A DNA stretch of 64,000 nt from Balanoglossus misakiensis (lineage: Eukaryota; Animalia; Hemichordata). The notes below the pieces were generated by a model that worked only from the letters and a program-made list of their open reading frames with translations, was not told the origin of the DNA and did no database searches. Both the position numbers and the translations under genes were made by a program. Location: contig CM082584.2 in the NCBI GenBank assembly GCA_040954595.2, positions 9,950,090-10,014,089 on the forward strand. The letters are read 5' to 3'. Positions within the stretch are counted from its first letter, which is position 1. The number at the start of each line of letters is the position of its first letter. Shown here one piece after another: positions 37,401 to 50,550 of this stretch.

Positions 37401-40400
37401 CCAGACGGACACCATTGTTCTTGTAACCAAGGCTACGAACTCCTCGAGGACGGCAGGACGTGTTCGGAGTTGAGACCCTGCGACATCCCGGGCAAATGCA
37501 GTCAGCTATGCAAGACGACCAGGAACGGACACCGATGCTCGTGCGTGGACGGCTATGAACTCGACCGAGACCGCAGATCGTGCAACCCGGCCGGCGGCGA
37601 GCCCACCCTCCTCTTGGCCAACAGGAGGGACATCAAACGCATCAATCCATGGTCCAGGACCGTCGAGGACCTGGTGCCAGTGACGGAGTCGGCCATCGCG
37701 CTGGACTACGACTACCAGCGAGGGTATTTATACTGGAGTGACGTCAGCGAGGAGCAGATACTGAGGTATGTATCGGCATGATAAAATATTGACAGTGCTC
37801 TCAACTGGTAAGCGCTTGCAAACACGGACGGGTCCATTGTGTGTGTGTCACCTTACTAGGTTAGCCTAGCATACCACCATGCGGTCTGTCCGCTTTGTGT
37901 GCAAGGCCGTATGCTCGCCGCAGTCAGCGAACAAACTCGCAGTACATGAATCACTCCACACAGAGCCTAAGCCTTGAAGTGTGGCCAATCTCTTAAGTAC
38001 AAAGAATGTAATGATGATAATTTCAATAAATCTAACAACATATCATTATCGTTGATATGACAAAAGGCAGATGACATGCTGTGCCCACCCACAACCAATC
38101 AGTTGCTCATAACTTAAATTGTAGACTCTGTGACATGCGCAAACCACATTGCCGGAGACAAGGCGTAATGACTCACACAGAACGCCGTCAAAACTCCGGC
38201 TGTGATACATGTACTCAAAAACATCTTCGCCCGAATCCATATCACGTGATTTCGACCTTCAGTCTTCCCGGCAGCCTTGGGTCCCGTAACCGGAGATCGG
38301 AAGTTTGCGCGATACTGAGCACGGGGATGAAGGATCTCCCCAGTTCCCATGGGAACCGTCTCCCTCGCATCGCGAAGGATTCACAGTAAAAGATATGGTG
38401 ATAATTCTTTATTGCATAACTCTGCCGACGTTTCACCAAAGTTAAAGTTCGCATATGATAAATGTAGAAGTCGGTGCTCGAGATTAAACTACTCAGCCGA
38501 GTCATCGCCTCTTTAATTAAACATCATTGTAAGTTCACCGTTTTCACCACAGTTATTTATATCAGCGACGAATTTAGAGAAGTACCTCTCTGGGAGTTCT
38601 TGGTGCTATTTCTGTATAAAGGTCACCGTTTGGGATTGGCGCTAAGTCCACTTTTGTTCAGCCGTGTTTGCGCAGACGAACACCTGCTGGAGAGTGATGA
38701 CCGAATATACACGCGCCAACAATAGCTTTGACGTTGTTGTTCCGCCATCTTCTCTAAGGAGAGTTTGAGGTGTACCGTTCCGCGAATTTGGTCGCTTGCT
38801 TTGATCGTTTTCACAAGTTGTTTCTGTGTGTCTTTGTGCTTAAAGGAGACCAATTAACGGCAATGGAGACACCGAAGTGCTCGTGGACGAGCGAATCCAC
38901 ACTCCGGACGGCGTTGCGGTGGACTGGATTTATCAGAATCTCTACTGGACGGACACGGGCGAGGACACGATCGAAGTTGCCCATCTGGTGCCGAGACACG
39001 GCTCTATTCAGCGGACAGTACTTATCAGCGAAGGGTTGGACGAACCTCGAGAAATCGTTGTGGATCCTTCCGAGGGGTAATTAAATTAGATTAAATTTCA
39101 AGGCATTTCATATTGCACGTACACAAGCGAGAACATTCTGAAAGTATTCATTAAATGCATTTAAATCACATTGACATGTTTGGCATGTCATTTCTAAATG
39201 CCCCCAAAAGACAGCCGACATAAACAACGTGATTGTGTCGAGTTAATTAGAAAACCACTGAAAACCACGACTGCCTTGGCGGATCTTATTGAGAGAGAAA
39301 AAAATAGAAGGCTTATTACTAGTTTTTCTGTAGTCGTCCGACGAAGCTTTGATATGTCCCGAAAGGTTGCATTTCCCACCCAAGACGGATCGGAATGCCG
39401 GGCCGTCTTCCCCAAATCCCGGGATAATCCCAGTCGCGAGCGGGCCGCTAATACTAGATTTTATGGAATGTTTATCCTTCAAACCGCCTGATTATCGCTT
39501 ATCCCAATGACGAGCCATTGATGTCCTGCTGTATTTTAGTCCTTTGCTGGAACATTGTGAAAGTTAATATTGTTGTGAACGGCTGGCCACGATAAATCGT
39601 GTTGTTTTATCAGATATCAATTTCTCTGTGTGAGGTTATAATTTTTGCTGCTGTTTAGTTACTGGTCAACGTAAATCGTAGCAAAAAAGTTAACACTCCA
39701 CTCGTAAGATAGCTTACAGGCGTCATTTTGAAATGAAATTCGGTTGAACGGGCTACAATGTTTTGATGTTGACAAAAATATCGATTAACGACTCTCAAAA
39801 CCCGGTATTGCCAAAAGGGGGGAACTACTTTGTCCACTATGCGTGTCAAATGCCCAGACAAACCCCTCCAAGCTGTCGATTGCTCACTTGGAAGATAACT
39901 ATCGGGAACAAATAACTTTCACCCAATCGTTCCTCGATAATCCCTGTGCAAACACACAGTTACAACGTCACACGCTACAGTGTTAAGCACAAGTGTCAAT
40001 AGTTTAGCGCCGATGTTTGGACAGAAAACACATCTCCGCACTCCAATGAAAACAATGTTTTACATCCAGCCTATTTTAGCCGTGTTGTTCTGGCTCTATT
40101 ATTCTTAAAAATTGTACAGGCCAAAATATTGATACAAAGTGAAGTCATCCTTTCTGCCTTCCATAGGGCCAAGGGTCATAGCTTCATACATAGTAATGTC
40201 CCATACTTGTTGAAGAAAACTTTCATACTTTAATTGTTGTACCGATTACCGTTTGATGATAACGACCAATTTAATGTACTTTGTTTAATTTCGATATTGT
40301 CACCCAGCTTCATGTACTGGACAGACTGGGGCAGGGACGCTAAGATCGAGAAGGCAGGGATGAACGGTTGCGGACGCACGGCCATCGTGCACGAAAACGT

Positions 40401-43400
40401 CCTCTGGCCCAACGGGCTGGCCATGGACTACGTGGCGCGGCGCATCTACTGGGTCGACGGCAAACTGCAGCTGATGGCCAGCGCCGGCCTGAACGGCGAG
40501 GACCGGGTCAACATCATCGTGTCCAGCTTCCTGCTCAAGCACCCGTTCTCCGTCACCGTGTTCATGGACCACGTCTACTGGAGCGACTGGGAAACGCATA
40601 AAGTCTACCGGGCCAATAAGTTCCACGGTGGGGACAAAACGTTCGTCGTGGAAAACCTCTACTCGCCAATGGGCATCATCGTTTACCACAGCTTGAAACA
40701 AATGCCAAGTAAGTACACCCACGTGATCCATTAGTTAACCAATCACGTCAGTTGAATCTGTTGCTGGGTTTGCCAGACCCAGTGTGCATGTAAAGACAAT
40801 GGTCAGGTATTTGTTGTCATCCGAAAAAGGTCAGTGACCGAAGATCATGCCCAATAAACGTGTACACCCCATCAATTAGGGATCAGCATTCTGGATCAAG
40901 TCTATCGAATTGGCAAATCTGTCGGATGATTCCTTGAAACAATACCTGTGTAATTAACCCCAACCAGAAACTATCACGAGCTCTTAGGAGAGAACCATTT
41001 GATTTCTGGGGGTGGGTGGAGGATTTTTTAAGCCACTGTCAAAGCCATTTTCTTCTCGATTGTCAGACAATATTTTTCCTCAAGACATTGCAGAAAATGT
41101 TCTTTCCTCCGCCCCATATACTAACATGTGCCGACAACTAATTAGTGTTCGACTTTACAACCGCGACCATATCTCTCGTCGAGGTGCTTTAGACAAACAA
41201 GCACTCAAGACAATAGACTGTTGACAATTCTCAGGTACGGAGTCCAATAACAAATCGGCAGACTTCAAAAAGAGTACTCGCCAAGAGAAACTCAAAATTC
41301 GGAATGTCACGTTGTCTTTCATTTCAGGCAGGAACAACTGCGGCGACAACAACGGCAAGTGCTCTCACATCTGCGTGGCTGGACCCGCAACCGACGGCTG
41401 CCCGGCCGCCTACACCTGCCTGTGTCCCAGGGGCGTCAAGATGAGGCCGGACGGCCATACCTGCAACGTGAGAGGCATCACTCCGCACCCAGATCTGATT
41501 GTGGGTAGGTGGCGTTTTTGTGTGTGCATGTCACGTTCTACACACGTGACCAGCTTGTTGCATTCGAGTGTTTATTATGTGTCTCGTTCTGCAGATATTT
41601 TCGGACCTGCACACAAATATGCCACGTGGCAGTATTAATATTTACACCGTATGTCGGAAGAACATTTTGAGATTCATAAGTTTATCGCATTCCATATAAA
41701 CAATGTTTTAGTTCAAAACCAAGCCTCGCTTGCCTCTTTTGCGCACGCGTGATCGCGTGAACACCAATCGGCGTGGCAGTATGGCACAAACAGGCATCGT
41801 CTTCCAAACACCCCGCAAAGCCACAGAGCGTCGCCGTTTCCGCTGACGAGCTACAGTTACATATATTGGTGACGAAATGTGAAATATAACTTCAGACGAA
41901 GTGACGCTTGGTCGATAAAGTTATCGTTTGACATGTTATGTGTTTTTTGGGGTGGCTGTAACCTAGCAACTCGGGCGCTGGGGAATACCCGATTTCCACC
42001 AGCGTTAACCAACTTTAATGACCGAAGGAGAAAAGCACAAAGCCGCAAACACAATCACACTCTTGAAAGTCGATAGTTTCAGTAGCGCGCCGATCTTGGG
42101 AACTTAACTAGGCGCGGAGTTGGAACCACTTTACCTTTGTAACCGATTCAACAGAGCGTGGTAGACATGCAATGCACAATTGTAACAAGAGTCTGTCTCT
42201 CCTTCTTCTCAAGTGTTTGGTTGTTAAAAACGTCCGGTGCGGCGTACCTCGGCATGAGGCAATTCCTCGACTCGTATATCATCGCAGTGTCTTGAGTTTA
42301 AATAAAGTATCGTCCCGAATTAGACGGCAGCTTACCAGAAAAAAACTTGTATATTCCGGTTTTGAGTTATTAAGTTTACGCCAGCAGTGTAATCGCCTTT
42401 AGTGTGCGGATAAATTAGCCTAGGGTATCTAGGCCAATTTTACTTGGGTCGGAGAGATGTCTCTTTGCGATTTGCATCGCTATTTCATTATAAACAATGA
42501 GGCAAATTTAACCTGAATTATTAGCCTATAGTTTCTCTGTATATATATTTAAGCTCTGATGAGACCACAAAGAACTAGTCACCATCGTCGTAAACCACAG
42601 CCTCTTTACGGCAACCGTTTCAGCTAAAATAGATGCCCCCCTCCCCGCGACACTGATACGAGTACAGCTTTTAGTCTGAAATTGATTGCCTTTGTACAAC
42701 GTTTGGATGTAGTCGCCTCAGGCATGGTTGGTAATTGGTTGTGATATATTGCGAAGTACATACTTTCTTGGGTTGATAGTGTTGCCATACGGCCACAGGC
42801 AACGATTGATCAATTTTACGCACGTAGGGCAAGGTATCTTATTTTCTGTCTCGTGTGTAAAAACGTGAGTGTTGGCATATCTTTATATTAACTAAGAAAC
42901 CAAACAATCATATCACACACATGATATATGTTATCTGATCTTCCCTTCTTCTGTCATTTTACCCTAGCCGAACCCTCATACTCCATCAGCGTACACCTGG
43001 ATTCACAGTTGTTTGAGGGCACAAGGAAGAAATCTGTGAGGTTCACACTCAAATGCACTGTGTCGTCAAAGGGCGATGACAAATATGAAGTGCTGTGTCG
43101 TCCAGACGACCAAGAAGAGAACTCCACCGACGCCATCTTGTTCCAGTATAAATGCAGCGGAAGCAAGAAGAAAGAACGGAAGCGGCGACAGAAACGAGAT
43201 GCGTCGCAAGGTATTGAAAGGTCACTGAAATATATTGATGTATGTATGAACATGTGTGTATGCATACATACTATGTGCGTATGTATACATGTGTGTATGT
43301 ATGGATGGATGGATGGATGTGTGTACTACCCAGATACCCATTTATTCACCCACACACATCCGAGTATCTATGTGGTTCTCTGAACACAAATTCCTTTTGT

Positions 43401-43686
43401 TTGTTTTTTAGGTCGGAGCAATCCCAAACTTGCCCTCAAAAAGGTCAGCACAGAGACACTCCAAACCGCCGCGTCGGAAGATTTGCCATTTTTCCTTCGT
43501 TGCAAGTCAAAAAAGCCCAAGTCCGGAAGTCAGGAGGACGCGGCGGAAGTGAGCGTTGGGTGTTCCCCATCCCATTTCGAACTGCCTGATGGGAAAAGAG
43601 ACAAAATCAAGAAGTCGCGCAACGCTGCCAACTTCAAATGCAAGTCGCAGAGCAAGAGAAAGCGAGGGAGGAAGGCCGATAATTAG
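31487..43686 (+). CDS. Secreted LDL-receptor-like protein A (signal peptide, 7 LA repeats, EGF-A/B, YWTD propeller, EGF-C, novel basic Cys-containing C-terminus; no TM, no NPxY), ~891 aa
   Basis: Eleven phase-consistent GT-AG exons (total 2676 nt): 31487-31556 ([23 protein letters not shown]), 33544-33654 (LA1), 33995-34123 (LA2), 35566-35934 (LA3-5), 36849-37097 (LA6-7), 37345-37765 (EGF-A, EGF-B, YWSD), 38846-39076 (YWTD), 40308-40708 (YWTD/YWVD/YWSD), 41328-41504 (EGF-C), 42968-43210, 43412-43686 (stop TAG). The last two exons are assigned by splice sites and phase only. Confidence 0.88.
35158..35520. mobile_element. Probable TTAA-flanked non-autonomous DNA transposon (intronic)
   Basis: Begins ttaaagggaca and ends tgtacacctttaa (imperfect TIR). 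Related left ends ttaaaggg(a/g)ca.agtcgctca.ttttga occur at ~36363 and ~48616. Confidence 0.45.
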
Positions 43687-44269
43687 AAGAGCAGCCCCGC
43701 ACAAGGCAGTGTGGGATACCCGAACGCATTTGTGAAAAAAATGTTGAATCCAACTTGAACGAATATATGTTATCTTGCAAGTTCGTGATGAGGGCTACAT
43801 ACTGCCTGGCGTGGCGTATATTCACAAATGGTACTAGACTCGTAGACTAAAAGTTGCGACACTATATACTACAACGCTCACCATAAAAAAACTGCTTTCG
43901 CGAACGGTTTTATATATATTTAAATAAGTGAAAGACAAGGACGCTTTATATCGGCACTCTTTGAGCTGGAAGCTGATGACGAAAGTTGAAGTTCCTGGGC
44001 ACAACGTTCCCGTTCCCATCCTCGACCAGTCCCCGACTGGCAAGGACCGAAGACATTAATAGTTTGTGTTTTAAACACATGTTCTTAACCCAGGAGGTGA
44101 AAGGTCAATCGGGAGACGATTGAAACACAAAGTTGAGTGTCTGCACCACAAGCCACAGGCGAGTCTCATCAAATTAATACTTGTGTTTGAAAACAACAAA
44201 AGATCGCAAGTATAAACTCCAGGCGCATTGTTTTCCTGGGGTAGTTAGCGAACAATAAAGATTCGACAC

Positions 44270-47200
44270 TGCCCAATTAAAATACATGGTGTACACACGT
44301 GATAGGTTTTAGTACCATGATTTCGACGGGAAAAAATTATTTTTGCTAAAGAGGGTGTTATGTATAATAGTCTGATGATGCGAGAGACGACTGCAACTGT
44401 ATACTAGTCCGAACATTGGTAGAATGGTTTACGTATATATTGGTCTTGATAGAGAACTATATATTTTTACCCTGCGGTGTCACATTATCGACCATTGAGA
44501 CGAAGGTCCATGTATAAATAGCGAAGCGGCAATCCGATATGCGCATGGACACCGACGTGGGTTTACTTCTGTTTCTGTCCTCCTTCCTCGCGCACTTGTG
44601 GTGTGTTTTGGCTACGTCATCCCCACGACCAGCCTCTCTGTTCGCCTTGAAGACGACGTCCAAGACGATTGCGGGAATTCCCTGGTTGAAAGACGGCACT
44701 TTGATCGCCTTTCATCATTGCAATCCGGGCGCTGAAAAAAAAAGCTTGCGTCAATTCACATAGCCTGTCTTTTTGTGATTATTCGTAGAACCTTATGCAC
44801 ATTATGACGAAAACAAATTTCATTTGATTTAGGGTTGGTCTTTAATACCAAATCATTACAGTTTGAGAGAAACTCGTAAAAATATAACTTATTTATTGTC
44901 CAACACACAATATTGTCGAAGAAAAATACAAAATATGACCCCCAACACTGCCTGGCATTTCCCGCCAAAACCCTATGGACAAAATAGCCGCATTAACAAA
45001 CGTTCCAATCCAAGTTTACTTACTGCTCTGAAAGATGTTTTTATTTGACGAGATAATCTTACATCCTCTTTGTCCAAGATTTAGCGCGCTTAATTTCTTA
45101 AGGATTTTCGAAAACCCAGAATATTAATTAAACAAATTTTGACGGCTGGCAAATAAATTGTAACGTGAGGACTGTTGTCTGCGTATAATTCTCGGCTAAA
45201 TTTCCAATTCGATGAAGAGTGTGTTGTCGTTTGCACACCATAGGATGGTTTACGCTTGCGCATTAGTGATAGTGCTCTCCAAAACACACGGCGGTTGGAT
45301 ACTAAACAAGTCTTGCTTTTTTGTTCTTAGCCGCCTTTCTGCTTTTATGTTTTTATTTAAAAGGCAAATGCTGCTGGCTTTCTGAATGAGTTAAAAGTTG
45401 CGGACCCCGCCTTTAAAAATAAATAGAAAAAAATCCAGTAAGTAAAAGTAATGACATTGAAATTGTGAAGAATCACTCCGCTTTTGTGAGACCTACAGCA
45501 CACGATAATCAGAGCAATGAAAAGACACCCCCACTTAAAGCTGTCAAAAGTAGGCGAGGCAGTCGTGTTAGTATTTGCGCTTAGCGAAGCGATCGCCTGA
45601 CAACATTGACGTAAAATGAGCTAAGTTTAGCTCGTTCCCTCTGGCAAAGTTCAGAGATAACTAAGAACAGACGTGCTGTAAGAATAACGCAAGATGTGTG
45701 ATTACTGAGAGTACATGACTGTCTTTAATTTTTCTTTGGAAATTGGCAATTCGGTCCGTAGGTTAGTACATTTTAGACAAGCAAGTTTCTCCTGTGCTTA
45801 GTTTTTAAATTAACATCATTAAAGGATGATAAAGGAACACTTTTTTTCTGAGATGAAAGGTTTGATATGTTTTATGGCAGGAGTAGTTTCCCGCGATAAT
45901 GTAAATGCCTGTTGTAATTTGTAATCATACCCATACATGTAAAACGTCGCATTATTGTTTTACAGCTAACACATTTTTGTCGAGAGTGGTTGATTACGTA
46001 CTTGAGAAGTTGAGGGAATGATTTCGTAGGAATTTCTCCTGTATTTCACCTGGACTGTGTCAAAGTTCTGACGCCATTTTGAAGTGCGTTTATGTCCATA
46101 CATAATGGTAAATTTCACTGTGCGGACGACAGCCTCAACTTTTGTTTTTTAATGCGAAGTCTCACGAGACTTTGGGGGGATTTCAGAAATGTGCGTGTAT
46201 CTGCAGGCATGTGACCCGGTTGGATGTTTTGCGTACGTTCACTGGCTTTTTCTGACTGTCTGTAGACTATTTAGACGTTTAAAGTATGTTTGATAACATA
46301 GCAATCCGTGGGCGATCAAAATAGGAAAAAAGACATTGTTTTTGCAGTTATTCACGTACACGTAACACGTACGCTAACACGGTCGTTTTGCGACCAACAT
46401 ACTTCAGATGCTAAAATGACGTGAATAAGCGTATATACATGGCGATACTATACCTCGGCTTTCATAGATTGTTTTGTCGACTAACAAGCAATCAAAATTA
46501 GATAGGAAGAAATACCGAAGGCTATATATTCCACAAAGGGTCAAAGTTCAAAAGTTCTGCTCATAGACAGCAAAATCTGTCTCTCTCTCGACTGTAAGGG
46601 TTGACACAGGAATTGACATCCATATTGTCTTGTATTTATTCGAGACGTTGGTTTCAATAAACCTTTCGAAATTTGTACACATTTCAAACGTGTGTTATTC
46701 GTGTTATTAGCAACTTTATCGACTGAAGTCGAATAATTTTGACAATATACTCGACTCCATAGTTGGCGACGCGGGGCTAATCTGATAATTGGATTGTCCG
46801 CCATCACCTCCAGTTGTCAACCGTCAACTGTCAGCTTCTTCCCAGAAACTGCTTTGACGGTATCTGTGGAATTTGGTATGTCGAGTTTGTGTGATAGGTG
46901 GAGTGCCCGCCGTCGTCGTCATCGGTTGTGGCAGCTTTCAACTTCTCACGAAGCGCTATTCCGTGCAGTAGCTTTGAGATTTGGTATTCATGTCTCTCCA
47001 GCGATGGCATACCAAACGTCTTCTCAAAACTCGTTTGTCCGATAGATTTGAACCACGAGGCCACACTTTCTAGTTGATGCTTAGCAGCTTTCTTGCTCTA
47101 CCCCGGAATTTTGAATGTAGAAGTAAATACATGTATTAACTTACGTTGTTTGCAAAAAATACCAAGGAAATGAAGGAATATGCAAAATATCGAAATGAAT

Positions 47201-50200
47201 TAACGGTAACGTCAGCCCTCACACCACGGTATTTTCAATGGATGCGCCTCGTTTATAAGTCCCCATTGTAGTATTTTGTAGTAACGAACAACGGACCTCT
47301 GCTTAATGAGGGAGATAATTACAAACATTGTATCGCCGCTGAAATGGCCGCCATATTGGTAATAGAAAGATGAATAGTTGTTTTGCAGACATTCGACCTT
47401 TTGAAGGCCAAACGCGATTGTTGCTCAAGACAGTCATCCATTGTTTCCTCTAATCTTGGACAAGACTTCTTGAGTAGAGTTAAATCCCTCAAAAATTCTT
47501 CTTCTTGTATCTTTCTCTGTTGAGCAAAATAGCATTGGATGTAAGCAGCTTATATATCTTGCAAAACATCTCTTCTTCAGAAATTGCAACCCGAAAAGCG
47601 AAAAAGTTCATGGCTCATCGCGAAAATCTCGCGATACTTGATTAAAAACTGCAAGAACCGGGTAAAACAAGCTAAGCTTTGTATGAAACGAGAATAGACG
47701 GAGAGAGATACCCCTGTACATTTGTGATCATTTATATTTCGCAGAAATGCGAGATATGCTTTTAATGTACATTTGTGAAAATTGCCAAAGCTAAAATGCG
47801 TGTATCTTTCAGATTCGCGTTTAGGGGCCAATTATGGGCCAATGTGACCTATATTCAAAATATGTACAAGACTTGTAGACTAACAGTCGAGACATGATAT
47901 CACAAACCTCGCCACAGACTGGTTTCAACACGGACGGTTTAATCATGTATATTCAAATATTTGAAATTATATGAAAGCTTTGCTTCGTGAATTTGTAACA
48001 AGAAACTGATGTCGAAAATTGATTCCTGGTTCTTGTGTTCCACTTTCCCCCGTCTAAAAAATCAGTTCCAGATTTGGTCTCTGCCGCCTGAGTGGCACTG
48101 GAGGTGAAAGACATAGCCAGACGCTCTCTATGGACAAGTGTCTGCACCCACAGTCGCTTGTGATCTCCAAGTCAGCTCTGCGCGTAGTCAGCTTTGCGCG
48201 CATTTACGTGGGGCGCACGCGCGCGCATTGCCCTTTCGAGTCTTTAATTAATCAAATGAGAAAATTTGTCTTTCAAAGGAAATATTACAGGCGTGAATTT
48301 ATAAAGTTTTGCTTTTATTGGGGTAGTAACCAACTTTGACTCATCCCGATTCGAAATACACTGAAAAAAAATTCAAATTACAACATGGCTCGCACGTGGG
48401 AAAGTTTTAGTACATGATGTCTGCGGGAGCAATGTTTCTATATAGTGTTGATAGAGAACTATATATATTTTACCCTGTGGTATCACATTATCGACCGCTG
48501 AGACTAAGGTCGACGTTTATAGCTCAGTGGCAATCTGATATGTGCGTGGACACTTGAGAGAATTTATTTCGCTTCTGTTCTAACTTGAAAACATGTAAAT
48601 GTGTTTTGGCTACTTTTAAAGGGGCAAAGTCGCTCATTTTTGACGTTAGTTTGGGTATTTCACTTTTTTCTGGCAGACATGTGTTATGTCGTTTCATGAT
48701 AACAAAATGATTCTTATCTTCGGTATAATGTCACCAAAGTATTACTCGAGAGTTCATGTCGCTTTCTGAAAGCTAATATCATCCTCATTCGAAACTTGAG
48801 CTTACCATGGACACGTATAGTTGGTATTGCGTCAACTAATTAATTGGCGGGTTTGCAAACGCGGTTTTTTGTGGCTGAAATGTTATGACCATTGTATGCG
48901 TGTTTTTTTACCCTCATTGCCAGTTCGATGGAAAGTGTATATTGTCTTTGTTCTCTCACAATGGGATGCGTTATTGGAGTTTAACCGCCACTTGTGCTGG
49001 GTGGAGAAGGCGCATGTGATGCATTAGGGAAAGTGCTCTTCAAATACTTGGTAGGGTAACAATGACAAACAAGTCTCGGTATTTGTTTTCGGGGTTCTTT
49101 TGCTTTATGTTTTTTATTTAAAAGGTAAATACTGCCGGCTTTCATACCGAACAAAAGGGTTCAGACCCCACCTTTGGAAATAAATAGGGGAACACATAAC
49201 ATTCGGTAAAAAGCTAAAACGTTGAAATTTTGAAGAATCGCTCGGCCTTTGTGAGGCACACAGCACCACGGTATCGGACTAATGAAGAGATCGACCCCCA
49301 CTTTAAGCGGCGAAAAGGCGGAAGTCCTGTTAGAATGTTCGCTTAGCAAGGCGATCGAATGACAGCATTGACGTAAAGTGAGTCCTGCATTCTATACGCG
49401 GTCCGTCTCCAAAGTTAGAGCACTGTTTCAAACTGCGCATGCTTTCTCCGAATGGTAAATGTCACTAGGCAGACGACAGCGTCAACAGTAAAGCCTGCAA
49501 ATGTAAACATTTGGTGTCGGCTTTTAGAGACGATTCCAGAACTGTTTGAAGAGAAACACTCCGAGCTTGGCTACAATTTCCGTACACTTAATGTTGTTTC
49601 TGGTCAGGGACACTTACTGTTGTTGTTTCTGGTCAGGTCTTTCAAATTATGTTTTGATGGCCGCAAGTTTGACCAAACCGGCAACTTCACCCCATATTGG
49701 AGTTGAGAAGGTCTCATACAATCTGTGATAATTTTTGTCGAATATTGTATTTGGGAAAAACCTTTGATGATGAAAATATACTGATTACCGGGTAATTTTT
49801 AACAGCTGACATTTCAAAATATCACATATAATGATTTAAGAATTGCCCTGACAAGTATAAAAATCGACATTTATGTAAGTTGGGAAGGCATTGAAGCGCC
49901 CTCAACTAGTTTCATGTGTGTTTTAGGAATACACCAACAAAGCACACAGACGGTGAAAGTGATTTATCGAACAATTTGACAATAATAATAATAAATATTT
50001 ATATTGACTTTGTGCAAAAAAGAACACGATTTTCATTATTTTCCCTGATTTTCCGCATATTCTATTTTTGACATGTAGGCCTATATAGCTCTTTCGTGTA
50101 AAAAATGTATATTGTGGTAAAGAAATTTGCGGTTAGAATATGCTGTCAAGAACCTCACAAACTACCTCAAAATGGGAGAGTCCATATTTGAAATCTTCAT

Positions 50201-50550
50201 TGTTGTATTTTGTAGTAATGAATTCGATCCGAACAAGAGGCTCCCGCCTAACGAGGGAGATAATTAGCGGCATTGTATCGCCGCTGAAATGGCCGGCCAC
50301 ATTGTCATAAAAAGGCGTGTGGTTGTTTTGCAGACATCCATTCCTTTGAAGGCCAAACGTGGATCTTGTCCAAGACAAACAGCCATTGTTTCCTTTAATC
50401 TATAACAAGACTTCTTCAGTAAACTGGATTACTCGAAAAGTTCTTCTTTATAGTAATAACTATCTGTGTTTGGTAAAAATATTTTAGAATCTCGTTTAAA
50501 TATCTCTTCTACAGAAATTAGCCTAAAAAATTGAAAGTTCGTGGCAAATT
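44270..50550. repeat. Old collinear tandem duplication of non-coding DNA (copy A ~44270-47590, copy B ~48370-50550)
   Basis: Three matching islands in the same order: 44446-44612 vs 48448-48613 (ttgatagagaactatata..taccctg..cacattatcgacc); 45260-45620 vs 49021-49382 (..ttatttaaaagg.aaat..tgaagaatc..gcgatcg..cattgacgtaaa); 47264-47590 vs 50198-50530 (gagggagataatta..cattgtatcgccgctgaaatggccg..tttgaaggccaaacg). Confidence 0.88.

Noticed and set aside
44539-44763. Hydrophobic ORF (GLLLFLSSFLAHLWCVLA) as a missing TM exon for gene A or as a small secreted protein
   Set aside because: Gene A already stops at 43686. There is no convincing acceptor, no basic stop-transfer residues and no NPxY, and the duplicate copy at ~48540 is not open.
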